Source: Candidatus Peregrinibacteria bacterium CG11_big_fil_rev_8_21_14_0_20_49_14 (GTDB lineage: Bacteria > Patescibacteriota > Gracilibacteria > Peribacterales > Peribacteraceae). From it: 64,000 nucleotides of DNA. Positions 36,777 through 45,380 of the stretch are shown piece by piece; position 1 is the stretch's first letter; the number at the start of each line of letters is the position of its first letter. The notes beneath the pieces are model-generated. The model did no database searches, was not told the DNA's origin, and saw only the letters and a list, made by a program, of their open reading frames with translations. Made by a program: the position numbers and the translations under genes. The stretch spans positions 15,902 to 79,901 of the forward strand of contig PCVP01000034.1 in the NCBI GenBank assembly GCA_002787035.1, in the 5' to 3' direction.

Positions 36777-37379
36777 CTATGCCGCGCTCAGCGCTCGCAG
36801 ACCCGCACGTTGTCTCAGTTCTTCCACGGTTTCGATCTTGTTATCTTTCAGCATTTTCAGCAGTACCTGCGCCGTTACAAGTACGTCGGGCAGTGCCCTG
36901 TGTCTTGCTTCGGGCAACGAGATTCCAAGACGGTGAGAGAGCACATCTAAGTTATGACGGAATTCAGTCGGGAAGACGGATTTGCTGAGTCGCATGGTGC
37001 AAAGGCACTCGGGAAGCTCCACGTATCCCCAGCAGTGCTGTTTTTCCACCTCCAGAAAACTCATATCGAACTGTGCATTGTGTGCAACAAGAGTGGAATT
37101 GCCTGCAAACTCCAGAAATCGGGGAAGTACCTGGTCTATGGTCGGAGCACCTGCGACATCCGCATCATCTATTTTATTCACCCGCTTTGCTTCCCATGGA
37201 ATCATCCGTTCCGGATTGACGAGTTCCACAAACGAGTAGTCTTCCATAATGACACCGTTCTCCACCCGCACACCTGCTATTTCAATGATTTTGTCTCCTT
37301 TGGAGGCATCGAGACCTGTGGTCTCTACGTCGAAAATGGTGAAAGTAGGAAGTGCGGACACCTCTCGACTATACCCCAA
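36777..37379 (-). CDS. DEDDh 3'-5' exonuclease (DnaQ/epsilon-like)
   Basis: The three Exo motifs are present: FDVETTGL, VAHNAQFDMSFL and HRALPDVLV. Confidence 0.85.
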   Translation of the reverse strand: MGYSREVSALPTFTIFDVETTGLDASKGDKIIEIAGVRVENGVIMEDYSFVELVNPERMIPWEAKRVNKIDDADVAGAPTIDQVLPRFLEFAGNSTLVAHNAQFDMSFLEVEKQHCWGYVELPECLCTMRLSKSVFPTEFRHNLDVLSHRLGISLPEARHRALPDVLVTAQVLLKMLKDNKIETVEELRQRAGLRALSAA

Positions 37380-37493
37380 AGGCTACCCGCTTCCAGAGCA
37401 GTCTTCTTGACGGAAGGTAGGGAGATTGTTGCTCCTCTGCTTTTGTCCGGTTTGGCGTTCACCCTCCGGTGCATTTTCATTCATACTGTACGT

Positions 37494-38144
37494 ATGGTTT
37501 CTGAAAAGCTCACGGTCGATGTCGTTATCCGAAAGCTTTCTGCGTTGTATCCGAATGCCGATTGCACATTGGATTGGTCCACTCCGCTCGAGCTGTTGGT
37601 TGCCACTATTCTTGCAGCCCAATGCACGGATGCCCGCGTGAATATGGTTACGCCGGCTCTGTTTGCCAAGTATAAAAAACCCGAAGATTACCTTACTGTT
37701 TCGCTCCAAGAACTGGAGCGAGACATTCACTCATGCGGTACGTACCGCATGAAAGCAAAGGCCATACAAGAAACGTGCAGATCCATCGTAGAAAACTACG
37801 GAGGAGAAGTGCCGCGCACCATGAAAGACATGCTTACACTTCGTGGAGTGGGGAGAAAAACGGCATCCATCGTGTTGGGTACCGCGTACGGCATAATAGA
37901 GGGTATTCCCATCGATACGCACAACATCAGACTTCTTCGGCGCATGGGTCTTACAAGGCAAACGGAACAGGGGAAAATAGAGTTGGATATGATGATAAAA
38001 ACTCCACAGGGCGATTGGCTGAAGCTCTCACACCTTATGGTCGCTCATGGTCGCGCAGTCTGCTTCGCACGCAAGCCAAACTGCGCCGATTGCGTGTTTG
38101 CACAGATGTGCCCGAGCTCTATGGTGTTGCGGAAGCAAAAATAG
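37494..38144 (+). CDS. nth: Endonuclease III
   Basis: Start trimmed to MVSEKLT (ATG at 37494); the upstream part of the track ORF is antisense to the exonuclease gene. It has the HhH-GPD motif LRGVGRKTASIV and the 4Fe-4S motif C-x6-C-x2-C-x5-C (CFARKPNCADCVFAQMC). Confidence 0.9.
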   Translation: MVSEKLTVDVVIRKLSALYPNADCTLDWSTPLELLVATILAAQCTDARVNMVTPALFAKYKKPEDYLTVSLQELERDIHSCGTYRMKAKAIQETCRSIVENYGGEVPRTMKDMLTLRGVGRKTASIVLGTAYGIIEGIPIDTHNIRLLRRMGLTRQTEQGKIELDMMIKTPQGDWLKLSHLMVAHGRAVCFARKPNCADCVFAQMCPSSMVLRKQK

Positions 38145-38184
38145 GGTATGATGACTTCCGATCCGATTCATTCTCCACTTTCCT

Positions 38185-39141
38185 ATGAAAAAATCACTCG
38201 TCACCTGCGCTTTTCTGTCCGTTCTTCTTCTCGCTGCCTGTCAGCCCGGGAAAGAGAGTAAGGAAAATAAGGCCATGCAAGAAGTACAGCAGCAGATTGC
38301 ACGCGTGCCCTTTCCTAAAAATGTGAGTATTGCGGGTACATACACGGATTATAGTGAGGGAGTCATAGGAAACGGAGAGGTGTCTGTTCTCTACTTCACC
38401 ACAGATTCAAACCCTGATCTCAAGCAGACAGAAGATGTTTTGGACCAAATTTACGGTTCACTGCCTGTAGGTGTGCACACGTACAAGGTAAATCTTGATA
38501 CGGAACCGGATCTGAAACAACGCTACTCCATAAAAGGGCAGAATACATTCATAGTTATCAATGCAGCGGGAGATCCTGTTTCAATGGGAAATGCGTTATC
38601 ACCGGTCGCACTGGCCAACACGCTCGCGAGAGCAGCGGGTATGAACGTGCAGAAAAATGAAGGAATGATGCAAGAGGACGCGTCCGATGAGCAGGAAGGC
38701 GAGTTGATGCAGGGCATGCCAGCCATGGACGGCAACATGCAGGGTGATGAGCATATGGTGGAGAATATGGGAGCAATGGGCGAGGAGGGCATGGAAAGTG
38801 CGCCACCCACTCAGGAGCCTCAGGGGCTTGCCATGGGGAAATACACCGCTTTCACCGATGATGTCATAGGCAACGGTAAGTCTTCTATTCTCTTCTTTGC
38901 CGCTTCATGGTGCCCCAGTTGTCAGGCTCACAGCGATCGTCTCGCGAGTTGGTACGAAGGCGGAACGATTTATCCATCTGTGTACAAGGTAGATTACGAC
39001 AATTCAAATGATCTCAAATCACGCTTTGGCGTTGTACAACAAGATACGTTTGTACGTATCGATGGCGAGGGTAATGCCGTAAAGCTGATTTCATTCCCTG
39101 ATGACAGTGCACTATGGGAATTTCTTATAGAAACGTACTAG
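38185..39141 (+). CDS. Thioredoxin-fold lipoprotein with Met-rich linker
   Basis: It has the lipobox LLLAAC. An N-terminal thioredoxin-like domain without Cys is followed by a Met/Glu/Gly-rich linker (MQGMPAMDGNMQGDEHMVENMGAMGEEGME). The C-terminal domain carries FFAASWCPSCQAH. Confidence 0.75.
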   Translation: MKKSLVTCAFLSVLLLAACQPGKESKENKAMQEVQQQIARVPFPKNVSIAGTYTDYSEGVIGNGEVSVLYFTTDSNPDLKQTEDVLDQIYGSLPVGVHTYKVNLDTEPDLKQRYSIKGQNTFIVINAAGDPVSMGNALSPVALANTLARAAGMNVQKNEGMMQEDASDEQEGELMQGMPAMDGNMQGDEHMVENMGAMGEEGMESAPPTQEPQGLAMGKYTAFTDDVIGNGKSSILFFAASWCPSCQAHSDRLASWYEGGTIYPSVYKVDYDNSNDLKSRFGVVQQDTFVRIDGEGNAVKLISFPDDSALWEFLIETY

Positions 39142-39151
39142 GCTCAATTTC

Positions 39152-40984
39152 ATGTCACTTGCTTTCACACTCTTCGTGGCGGGGATGCTTACCATTCTCC
39201 TGCCATGCATACTGCCACTTATTCCCATAGTGCTCGGCGTGAGCATTGCGGGAAGAAGTAAGTGGCGACCGTTGTTGAGTATTGCGGGAATGGTAGTCAG
39301 CTTCGTGGGATTCACATTCCTTCTTCTCATTGTCCTTCGGCAATTTGTGGAGGTTGCAGATTACATGCGCATAGCTACGTACTATGTTTTGCTGCTCTTC
39401 GGTCTCGGCTTTCTGTCGCATCATCGTGCGGTGCATATTGTCGGTGCGATATTCGGTGCGGCCTTTTTCCTTTCGAAGGGGTATACGGCAGTGGCAGTGG
39501 CTGCACCTTTGGGAATGGTGGCCATGATTGTCGGCGGAAAAGTTGCCACGCATATTCAGCAGTTCGGTTCGAACGTACAAACAAAAACACGAGAGGAACT
39601 GGGTGAAGGGTCTCCGCTTTCCGCATTTATTATCGGTCTTACCATGGGGCTTGTGTGGGTTCCGTGTGCGGGGCCGGCTTTGGGGTTTGCGTTCACGCTT
39701 GTGCGCGAACAGCCGGGTTTGCAGGCATTTGCGTACCTTACCATGTACGGCATCGGTGCGGCTCTTCCTTTGCTGATTATCGGCTACGGCGGTCAGGCTG
39801 CCGTGCATTCTGTTCGAGCCCTGAATAAATATAGCGGATACATAAAGCAGGTCTCGGGCGCAGTGCTCATCGTGACGGCATTGGCATTCCAATTCCATTG
39901 GTTTACCAAGGTGGAAACGTGGTTCGTTCTGCATACCGAATACGGCACATTGGGAACCAGGCTGGAAGAAAAGCTGTTTGGAGATCACATAAAAATGCCT
40001 TCCTCACAGAAAGAGGATGCGACAGAAGAAGAGCCGAATGCAGAAGAAACAATGAAGTTGCCACATCTTCCCATTATCGCTCCCGTCCCGGAATTCGTAG
40101 ATGCCGGCATCTGGCACAACAGCGAACCTCTTACCATGCAGGAGCTGCGAGGAAAGGTGGTACTGGTGGATTTTTGGACATATAGCTGCATAAACTGCAT
40201 TCGTACGTTTCCGTATATGAGAGAGTACTGGGACAAATACAAAGAAAATCCGTTCGTACTGGTGGGTGTGCACACTCCTGAATTTGTTTTTGAAAAGAGT
40301 GAGAAAAACGTAGCGGACGCACTTCGTCGTTACGATCTCACCTATCCCGTCGTACAGGATAACGACTATGGAATATGGCGTGCCTTCTCCAACCGCTACT
40401 GGCCTGCCAAATACCTGGTGGATGCGGAGGGCAATATTCGTTACACCCACTTCGGTGAAGGAGAGTACGAAGAAACAGACCTCGCCATTCAGGCATTGCT
40501 TGCAGAAATTGGAGTGGATCCCGTGGGTACCAGTCCGGATACGGCGCCGGAGCAGCCTGATTTGCCTCGTACTCCCGAGACGTATCTCGGTGCTCGCAGC
40601 TGGCAGTTCCTTGGCAACGGAGGATTGGTTCCGACAGAAGATGTTGTGACCTACAAGGCACCGACTTCGTTGGAAGATAATCACTATTATCTGGAGGGAG
40701 ACTGGCAGCTTACAGACCAGGAGCGACAAGTGCTCCGCAGCGACGAAGGAGCGATACATATGCGCTTTACGGGCTCCGAAATCAATTTGGTAATGGGTGT
40801 GGAAGAAGGGGCTTCTCCGTCCGAAGTGACCGTGGAAGTCGAAGGGGAAACTGCCTCGGAATTCTCGGTGGAGTACAATGACCTTTTTCCGCTTTGGAAA
40901 GGGCAATACGGCACATATGACATCGTCATACATGTTCGAGGAAAGGGGGCGGAGGCCTACGCATTTACCTTTGGTGTGGGCTAG
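39152..40984 (+). CDS. DipZ-like protein: CcdA/DsbD transmembrane domain fused to thioredoxin-like and C-terminal beta domains
   Basis: The N-terminal TM domain carries LPCILPLIP and VWVPCAGPALG. A redoxin domain follows (VLVDFWTYSCINCIRTFPY), then about 150 further residues. This architecture recalls mycobacterial DipZ. Confidence 0.85.
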   Translation: MSLAFTLFVAGMLTILLPCILPLIPIVLGVSIAGRSKWRPLLSIAGMVVSFVGFTFLLLIVLRQFVEVADYMRIATYYVLLLFGLGFLSHHRAVHIVGAIFGAAFFLSKGYTAVAVAAPLGMVAMIVGGKVATHIQQFGSNVQTKTREELGEGSPLSAFIIGLTMGLVWVPCAGPALGFAFTLVREQPGLQAFAYLTMYGIGAALPLLIIGYGGQAAVHSVRALNKYSGYIKQVSGAVLIVTALAFQFHWFTKVETWFVLHTEYGTLGTRLEEKLFGDHIKMPSSQKEDATEEEPNAEETMKLPHLPIIAPVPEFVDAGIWHNSEPLTMQELRGKVVLVDFWTYSCINCIRTFPYMREYWDKYKENPFVLVGVHTPEFVFEKSEKNVADALRRYDLTYPVVQDNDYGIWRAFSNRYWPAKYLVDAEGNIRYTHFGEGEYEETDLAIQALLAEIGVDPVGTSPDTAPEQPDLPRTPETYLGARSWQFLGNGGLVPTEDVVTYKAPTSLEDNHYYLEGDWQLTDQERQVLRSDEGAIHMRFTGSEINLVMGVEEGASPSEVTVEVEGETASEFSVEYNDLFPLWKGQYGTYDIVIHVRGKGAEAYAFTFGVG

Positions 40985-41001
40985 TAAATTTACTAAAAAT
41001 G

Positions 41002-41010
41002 TGGTATAAT
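41002..41010 (+). promoter_or_regulatory. Extended -10 promoter-like element TGGTATAAT
   Basis: A perfect TATAAT at 41005-41010 is preceded by TG(n). A weak -35-like TAGTAA lies 17 nt upstream, in the intergenic region 18 nt after the dipZ-like stop. Confidence 0.4.
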
Positions 41011-41016
41011 AACATT

Positions 41017-41162
41017 AGTGATTTCTAACGCCAGCACATCAAAAAATAAGAAGTAATACGCAAACTTGAGAGCAGTTTGTAGCATCTTATTCTCTAATAC
41101 GCATCCTCAATTCTGGCGCAAGAAATCACTGTGGCGGTCGTGTGTGTGCGACCGCTTTTTTT
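41017..41162 (+). ncRNA. Candidate structured small RNA or cis-regulatory leader ending in an intrinsic terminator
   Basis: Stems are nested: AGTGATTTCT (41017-26) pairs with AGAAATCACT (41121-30), and CGCCAG (41029-34) pairs with CTGGCG (41113-18). Inside these are AATAAGA/TCTTATT and CAAACT/AGTTTG. A TAATACGCA repeat occurs at 41054 and 41095. A terminator hairpin plus T7 run follows. Confidence 0.5.
41134..41162 (+). terminator. Rho-independent terminator
   Basis: The stem GCGGTCG (41134-40) pairs with CGACCGC (41149-55) across an 8-nt loop. It is followed by TTTTTTT (41156-62). Confidence 0.7.
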
Positions 41163-41213
41163 ATGTGTTCCTATTTTGTACAACACAAACTTCTTTGGTA
41201 TTCTCCGTTGCCT

Positions 41214-41963
41214 ATGGCGACGCAGATTCAACACATTCTCGAGGCAGTCGGCTTCGATTCCAAGCAGGCATCTCTGTACCTTGCGGGATTAAAAATAGGC
41301 CATGCACCTGCGTCTGCGTACGCGAAGCGTGCCAAGCTCAACAGAATTACCGCATACAACACGTTGGAAGAACTCGTACACAAAGGTCATTTTACGTGTG
41401 TGAAAAAAGTTCGTGCCAAATGGTATGCCCCCATTGCCCCCGAGTACCTGCTTGTAGAGGCCAGAAAACATGTGGAGGCTCTGGATCAGGCACTTCCCGA
41501 ACTGCGCTCATTGCAGGGTGCCGAGCACCGCAGGCCTCGTGTACGGTTTTTTGAGGGCTGGGATGGGGTACAGCGAGTGTATGAAGACACGCTGACTGCG
41601 GAAGATGAACTCCTTAATTTCGCCAACTCCGCCGTAGTGCGCATGCAATGGCCGTCGTACGATGAAGAGTACGTTGCAAAGCGTGTGCAGCGGGGCATAC
41701 ACCTCAGGGGAATTGCGCCGAACGACAAAGCAGGGAAACAAGTGCACGGAAAAGACAAAGATGCGCTCCGTGAAATTCGTCTGGTTTCCGCAAAAGATTT
41801 TGATTTCACAAACGAGATTAACATTTACGGAAACAAGGTGGCCATGGTCTCTTTCGGAGAAGGAGACGCCGATTTCTTCGGAGTGATAATAGAGAGCAAA
41901 GAAGTGGCGGAAACGCAGCGCCAAATCTTCGAAATGGCGTGGCGGTATGCCGCAAAGCACTAA
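41214..41963 (+). CDS. TrmB-family transcriptional regulator
   Basis: Start trimmed to MATQIQHILEAVGFDSKQASLYLAGLKIGHAPASAYAKRAKLNRITAYNTLEELVHKG, a winged HTH of the TrmB type. About 170 aa of C-terminal effector domain follow. Confidence 0.8.
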   Translation: MATQIQHILEAVGFDSKQASLYLAGLKIGHAPASAYAKRAKLNRITAYNTLEELVHKGHFTCVKKVRAKWYAPIAPEYLLVEARKHVEALDQALPELRSLQGAEHRRPRVRFFEGWDGVQRVYEDTLTAEDELLNFANSAVVRMQWPSYDEEYVAKRVQRGIHLRGIAPNDKAGKQVHGKDKDALREIRLVSAKDFDFTNEINIYGNKVAMVSFGEGDADFFGVIIESKEVAETQRQIFEMAWRYAAKH

Positions 41964-42014
41964 CACAGGCACTTGTTTTCTTCATCGCTTCGTTTGGTCT
42001 ATGATGTGTTCCCT

Positions 42015-42848
42015 ATGCGTCAGTATCTGGATTTCCTCAGCCACGTTATGGAAAACGGCAAGCCGAAAGACGACCGTACCGGAACGGGTACGTACAGTGT
42101 TTTTGGGTATCAGATGCGTTTTAACCTGCAAGAAGGCTTTCCCCTCCTCACGACCAAAAAGCTGCACACACGCTCCATTTTCCATGAATTGCTCTGGTTT
42201 CTGCAGGGCTCTACGAACATAGGATACCTCAAAGAGAACGGAGTGCGCATTTGGGACGAGTGGGCAACGGAAGACGGAGATCTTGGGCCTGTGTATGGCA
42301 AACAATGGCGAAGTTTTCCGTGTCCCGACGGAACAAGTGTGGACCAAATAAGTCAGGTGATAGAGCAAATTAAAAAGACACCGCACTCACGCAGGCTCAT
42401 CGTATCTGCCTGGAATCCCGCTTTTCTGCCGGATGAAACCATCAGTCCGCAGGAGAACGTGCGTCAGGGCAGAATGGCGTTGCCGCCGTGTCATACCCTG
42501 TTTCAGTTTTATGTCCGTGACGGAGAGCTTAGCTGCCAATTATATCAGCGCAGTGCGGATATATTCCTCGGTGTGCCATTCAATATCGCATCGTATGCGC
42601 TCCTCACTCATATGATTGCGCAAGTGTGCGATTTGAAAGTGGGAGATTTCGTCCATACGTTCGGAGATGCACATTTGTATTCCAATCACTTGGAGCAGGC
42701 ACGTGAGCAACTCAGCCGTGAACCGCGCGGTCTGCCTTCTCTGCAGATGAATCCGGATATTAAAAATATTTTTGAGTTTACCTACGGAGATTTTGCAATA
42801 CTGAATTACGATCCGTTGCCCGGTATTAAAGCCCCTATAGCAGTATGA
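42015..42848 (+). CDS. thyA: Thymidylate synthase (ThyA type)
   Basis: Start trimmed to MRQYLDFL. It carries [17 protein letters not shown], the catalytic MALPPCH, and [12 protein letters not shown]. Confidence 0.95.
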   Translation: MRQYLDFLSHVMENGKPKDDRTGTGTYSVFGYQMRFNLQEGFPLLTTKKLHTRSIFHELLWFLQGSTNIGYLKENGVRIWDEWATEDGDLGPVYGKQWRSFPCPDGTSVDQISQVIEQIKKTPHSRRLIVSAWNPAFLPDETISPQENVRQGRMALPPCHTLFQFYVRDGELSCQLYQRSADIFLGVPFNIASYALLTHMIAQVCDLKVGDFVHTFGDAHLYSNHLEQAREQLSREPRGLPSLQMNPDIKNIFEFTYGDFAILNYDPLPGIKAPIAV

Positions 42849-43333
42849 GAATCTCTCTCATTGTTGCCGCTTCGGAAAATAACGTCATAGGGAGAAACAA
42901 TGATTTGCCGTGGAGTTTGCCGGATGATTTGCAGCACTTTCGCACTGTCACCGAGGGAAGCCCCATTATTCTGGGAAGAAAAAATTACGAATCTATCGGT
43001 CGTCCGCTGCCGCGCCGTCGCAATATTGTTATTTCGCGACAACCAAATTTATCCATAGACGGCTGCGAAGTCGTGGCCTCTCTGGAAGAAGCTCTGGATC
43101 TTGTGAAGCAAGAAGATGAAGTATTCGTAATAGGAGGAGGTGAAATTTATCGGCAGGCGCTGCCGTCGGCAGATCGTATTTATCTCACTCGTGTGCATGC
43201 GGACATAGAAGGTGACGTCTTTTTCCCGGAGCTTTCAGAAGAGGACTGGGAAGAGGTAAGCAGAGAGGAACATCTCGCAGACGACCGTCATGCGTACGCG
43301 TTTACGTATCGTACGTTGGATCGTCGAAAATAG
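42845..43333 (+). CDS. folA: Dihydrofolate reductase
   Basis: [21 protein letters not shown]...[21 protein letters not shown]...FVIGGGEIY are DHFR motifs. An ATGA overlap couples it to thyA. Confidence 0.9.
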   Translation: MRISLIVAASENNVIGRNNDLPWSLPDDLQHFRTVTEGSPIILGRKNYESIGRPLPRRRNIVISRQPNLSIDGCEVVASLEEALDLVKQEDEVFVIGGGEIYRQALPSADRIYLTRVHADIEGDVFFPELSEEDWEEVSREEHLADDRHAYAFTYRTLDRRK

Positions 43334-43445
43334 GGGAAACAGGTGCTTCTTTTACACATTTATTTTGGCTTAAATAAGCCAAAAGGTGCGTTTTCTTCCA
43401 CTTGTATGGAATGGATGCTGGAGGAGTGCAAAAGTATGAAATACT

Positions 43446-44321
43446 GTGTTTCCGATGGTAGCACCAGACACATTTAGCGGCCCGAGAACCGAACTCAACT
43501 ACAACGCTGCTGTGCTCGATATCCAAAGAAGAGCAGCGGAAAGTGCTGCAAATGTGGGACAGTTCCGGTCCAATTTTCATACCTATGCGGAGGATGTGCT
43601 GGAGGGGAGAGCAACGGTAAGTTTTTCTCCGTCATCGGAGGATGACAGCACGACAGTGACCGAGGCAGACGGCGAGTTTACCATCGATGCTTCCGCAGCA
43701 GGATTGGAGACTGCTTCGACGGAAACAACCGTGACGGATTTGAGAGATGAGCAAAAAGCACAGTTGCGTTCTGCGATACAATCGCATGATGAGACAGTGG
43801 TTTCTGCCGCTACCGGCGGCATACAAAGTTTGGGAGTGGAAGAGATGCCGGAAGGTCAGCTTGGTGAGGCGGAAATAGGCGGAAGTGGTCGCGTGAGCAA
43901 AAACATGTTGGGTACCATGAAAACCGCCGCAGATGCCAAACAGGCAAATCATGCGGGAAAACACGAGCAGGGGCACATGCAGTCTGTACGGCTCAAGGGA
44001 GAGCTGATTGTGGATGGTGAGACCGAAGGTCCTGTTGCACTGTACGAGTCCTACGCTGAGCTCACAGGTAATCGTGGTGTGGGTGAAGGAGCCCATTACT
44101 TCCGACCCGGGCAGCCAGAAGACTACGAGCATGCGCAGAAGCTTGGTATTCTCCTGGAGGCGGAAGTGGGGAAAGCGGATTATGAACAAACTCTCACCGG
44201 AGACGGTAATTTGAGCAGATTACAAAAGAAGTTGGACGAAAAAGGCCGCGGTCGTACGGATCAGCAAGTGGAAGACGGAGTGGGAGAGGAGGCAGAAGAG
44301 GAGTTGCCTATGAGCCGATAA
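43446..44321 (+). CDS. Acidic hypothetical protein with an HExxH motif
   Basis: 291 aa and Glu/Asp/Thr-rich, with a single HEQGH. The start is uncertain (GTG at 43446 or ATG at 43455), and the only good SD (GGAGGAG, 43421-27) serves a 13-codon upstream ORF at 43436. Confidence 0.5.
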   Translation: MFPMVAPDTFSGPRTELNYNAAVLDIQRRAAESAANVGQFRSNFHTYAEDVLEGRATVSFSPSSEDDSTTVTEADGEFTIDASAAGLETASTETTVTDLRDEQKAQLRSAIQSHDETVVSAATGGIQSLGVEEMPEGQLGEAEIGGSGRVSKNMLGTMKTAADAKQANHAGKHEQGHMQSVRLKGELIVDGETEGPVALYESYAELTGNRGVGEGAHYFRPGQPEDYEHAQKLGILLEAEVGKADYEQTLTGDGNLSRLQKKLDEKGRGRTDQQVEDGVGEEAEEELPMSR

Positions 44322-44853
44322 GTCGTAAGAACTCATCGCGGGTGCGAGGGTCTTCTTTTACCAATCCTTTCAGATGGCTTGTCACAGCTTTGCTGTGCTG
44401 CTTTTCCACGCCACGCATCATCATACAGAAGTGTTCTGACTCTATCATTACTCCTATTCCCTTGGGTTTCAGAACGCTCTCCAGAGCATCACAAATTTGC
44501 TGGCCTAGTCGTTCTTGCACTTGGAGTCTTCGGGCAAACATATCGACGACGCGTGCTATTTTACTCAGTCCTATGATGTGTTTGTCGGGCACGTAGCCCA
44601 CATGCACTTTTCCCACGAATGGGAGCAAATGGTGCTCGCAGAGCGAATAGCACTCTATGTCTTTTACAATGACCATGCCGTTGGTTTCGGCAGGAAATAG
44701 GGCTCCGTTTACTATTTCGTCCAGCGATTGCCCGTATCCCGATGTTAAAAATGCAAACGCTTCTGCCGCTCTTTTTGGCGTCTTCTTGAGCGATTCTCTC
44801 TCGAGATCTTCTCCGCATTGCTCTATGAGGGTTCGAAATGCGTCTTCCATCAT
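44308..44853 (-). CDS. folE: GTP cyclohydrolase I
   Basis: The blocks SLCEHHLLPF, GLSKIARVV and QVQERL, with the Zn ligands, are typical of FolE type 1. Confidence 0.95.
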   Translation of the reverse strand: MMEDAFRTLIEQCGEDLERESLKKTPKRAAEAFAFLTSGYGQSLDEIVNGALFPAETNGMVIVKDIECYSLCEHHLLPFVGKVHVGYVPDKHIIGLSKIARVVDMFARRLQVQERLGQQICDALESVLKPKGIGVMIESEHFCMMMRGVEKQHSKAVTSHLKGLVKEDPRTRDEFLRLIGS

Positions 44854-44871
44854 CAGACGAAAACTCTACAT

Positions 44872-45321
44872 CTAGGGCTCCAGCCCTGCCAGGAGTTCTC
44901 TCGTTTTTTCATCCAAACGTGTGCATTGCTGGTCCATGACGTGTTGCAGGAGATCACCCCAACTCTGCTTTTGTGTGGGATGCATCTTGTGAGTTTCCAA
45001 AAGCTCACAGAGTGGATCGAGTACGAATCTCCGCTCATGCATACGAGGGTGAGGTATCGTGAGTTCTTTCGTCCGCAACACTTCATCACCGTAGAGCAGG
45101 ATATCGAGGTCTATGGTGCGGGGGCCGAATTGGAACGGAGGATTCTTGCCAAGGTCGTGTTCTATCGTCTGCAGCACACGTGCTATTTCCTCCGGCGAGA
45201 GGTCTGTTTGTATGACAGCAACGGCATTTACAAAAGCATCTTGCTCCTCGTGTTCTCTCGGCGCGGTCGCGTACAGCGACGAAAATCGTATGTCCGGCCA
45301 ATGAGTCTTTAGTTGCCGCAT
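44872..45321 (-). CDS. folK: 6-hydroxymethyl-7,8-dihydropterin pyrophosphokinase (coordinates from the first ATG; the conserved N-terminus continues upstream to about 45384)
   Basis: FGPRTIDLDILLYGD, TIPHPRMHERRFVL and YATAP are HPPK motifs. The conserved first strand NVYIGIGSN is encoded in-frame upstream of the first ATG (see finding). Confidence 0.85.
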   Translation of the reverse strand: MRQLKTHWPDIRFSSLYATAPREHEEQDAFVNAVAVIQTDLSPEEIARVLQTIEHDLGKNPPFQFGPRTIDLDILLYGDEVLRTKELTIPHPRMHERRFVLDPLCELLETHKMHPTQKQSWGDLLQHVMDQQCTRLDEKTRELLAGLEP

Positions 45322-45380
45322 GCAGCGTGATATGTTTTCCTCCGCATCTATGTTCGAACCGATTCCGATGTATACGTTTG

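Noticed and set aside
36954-37493. N-terminal 180 codons of track ORF 36954..38144. Similar 5' extensions occur on 22543..23652, 52714..53604, 19435..20358, 41142..41963, 41973..42848 and 16502..17566.
   Set aside because: These extensions run antisense through, or overlap, the neighbouring gene. Family-typical N-termini begin at internal ATGs, so starts were trimmed to those.
39155-40933. Two long reverse-strand ORFs (39155..39988 and 40004..40933) inside the DipZ-like gene
   Set aside because: They are antisense to a gene with CcdA and thioredoxin motifs, and they have shadow-frame composition.
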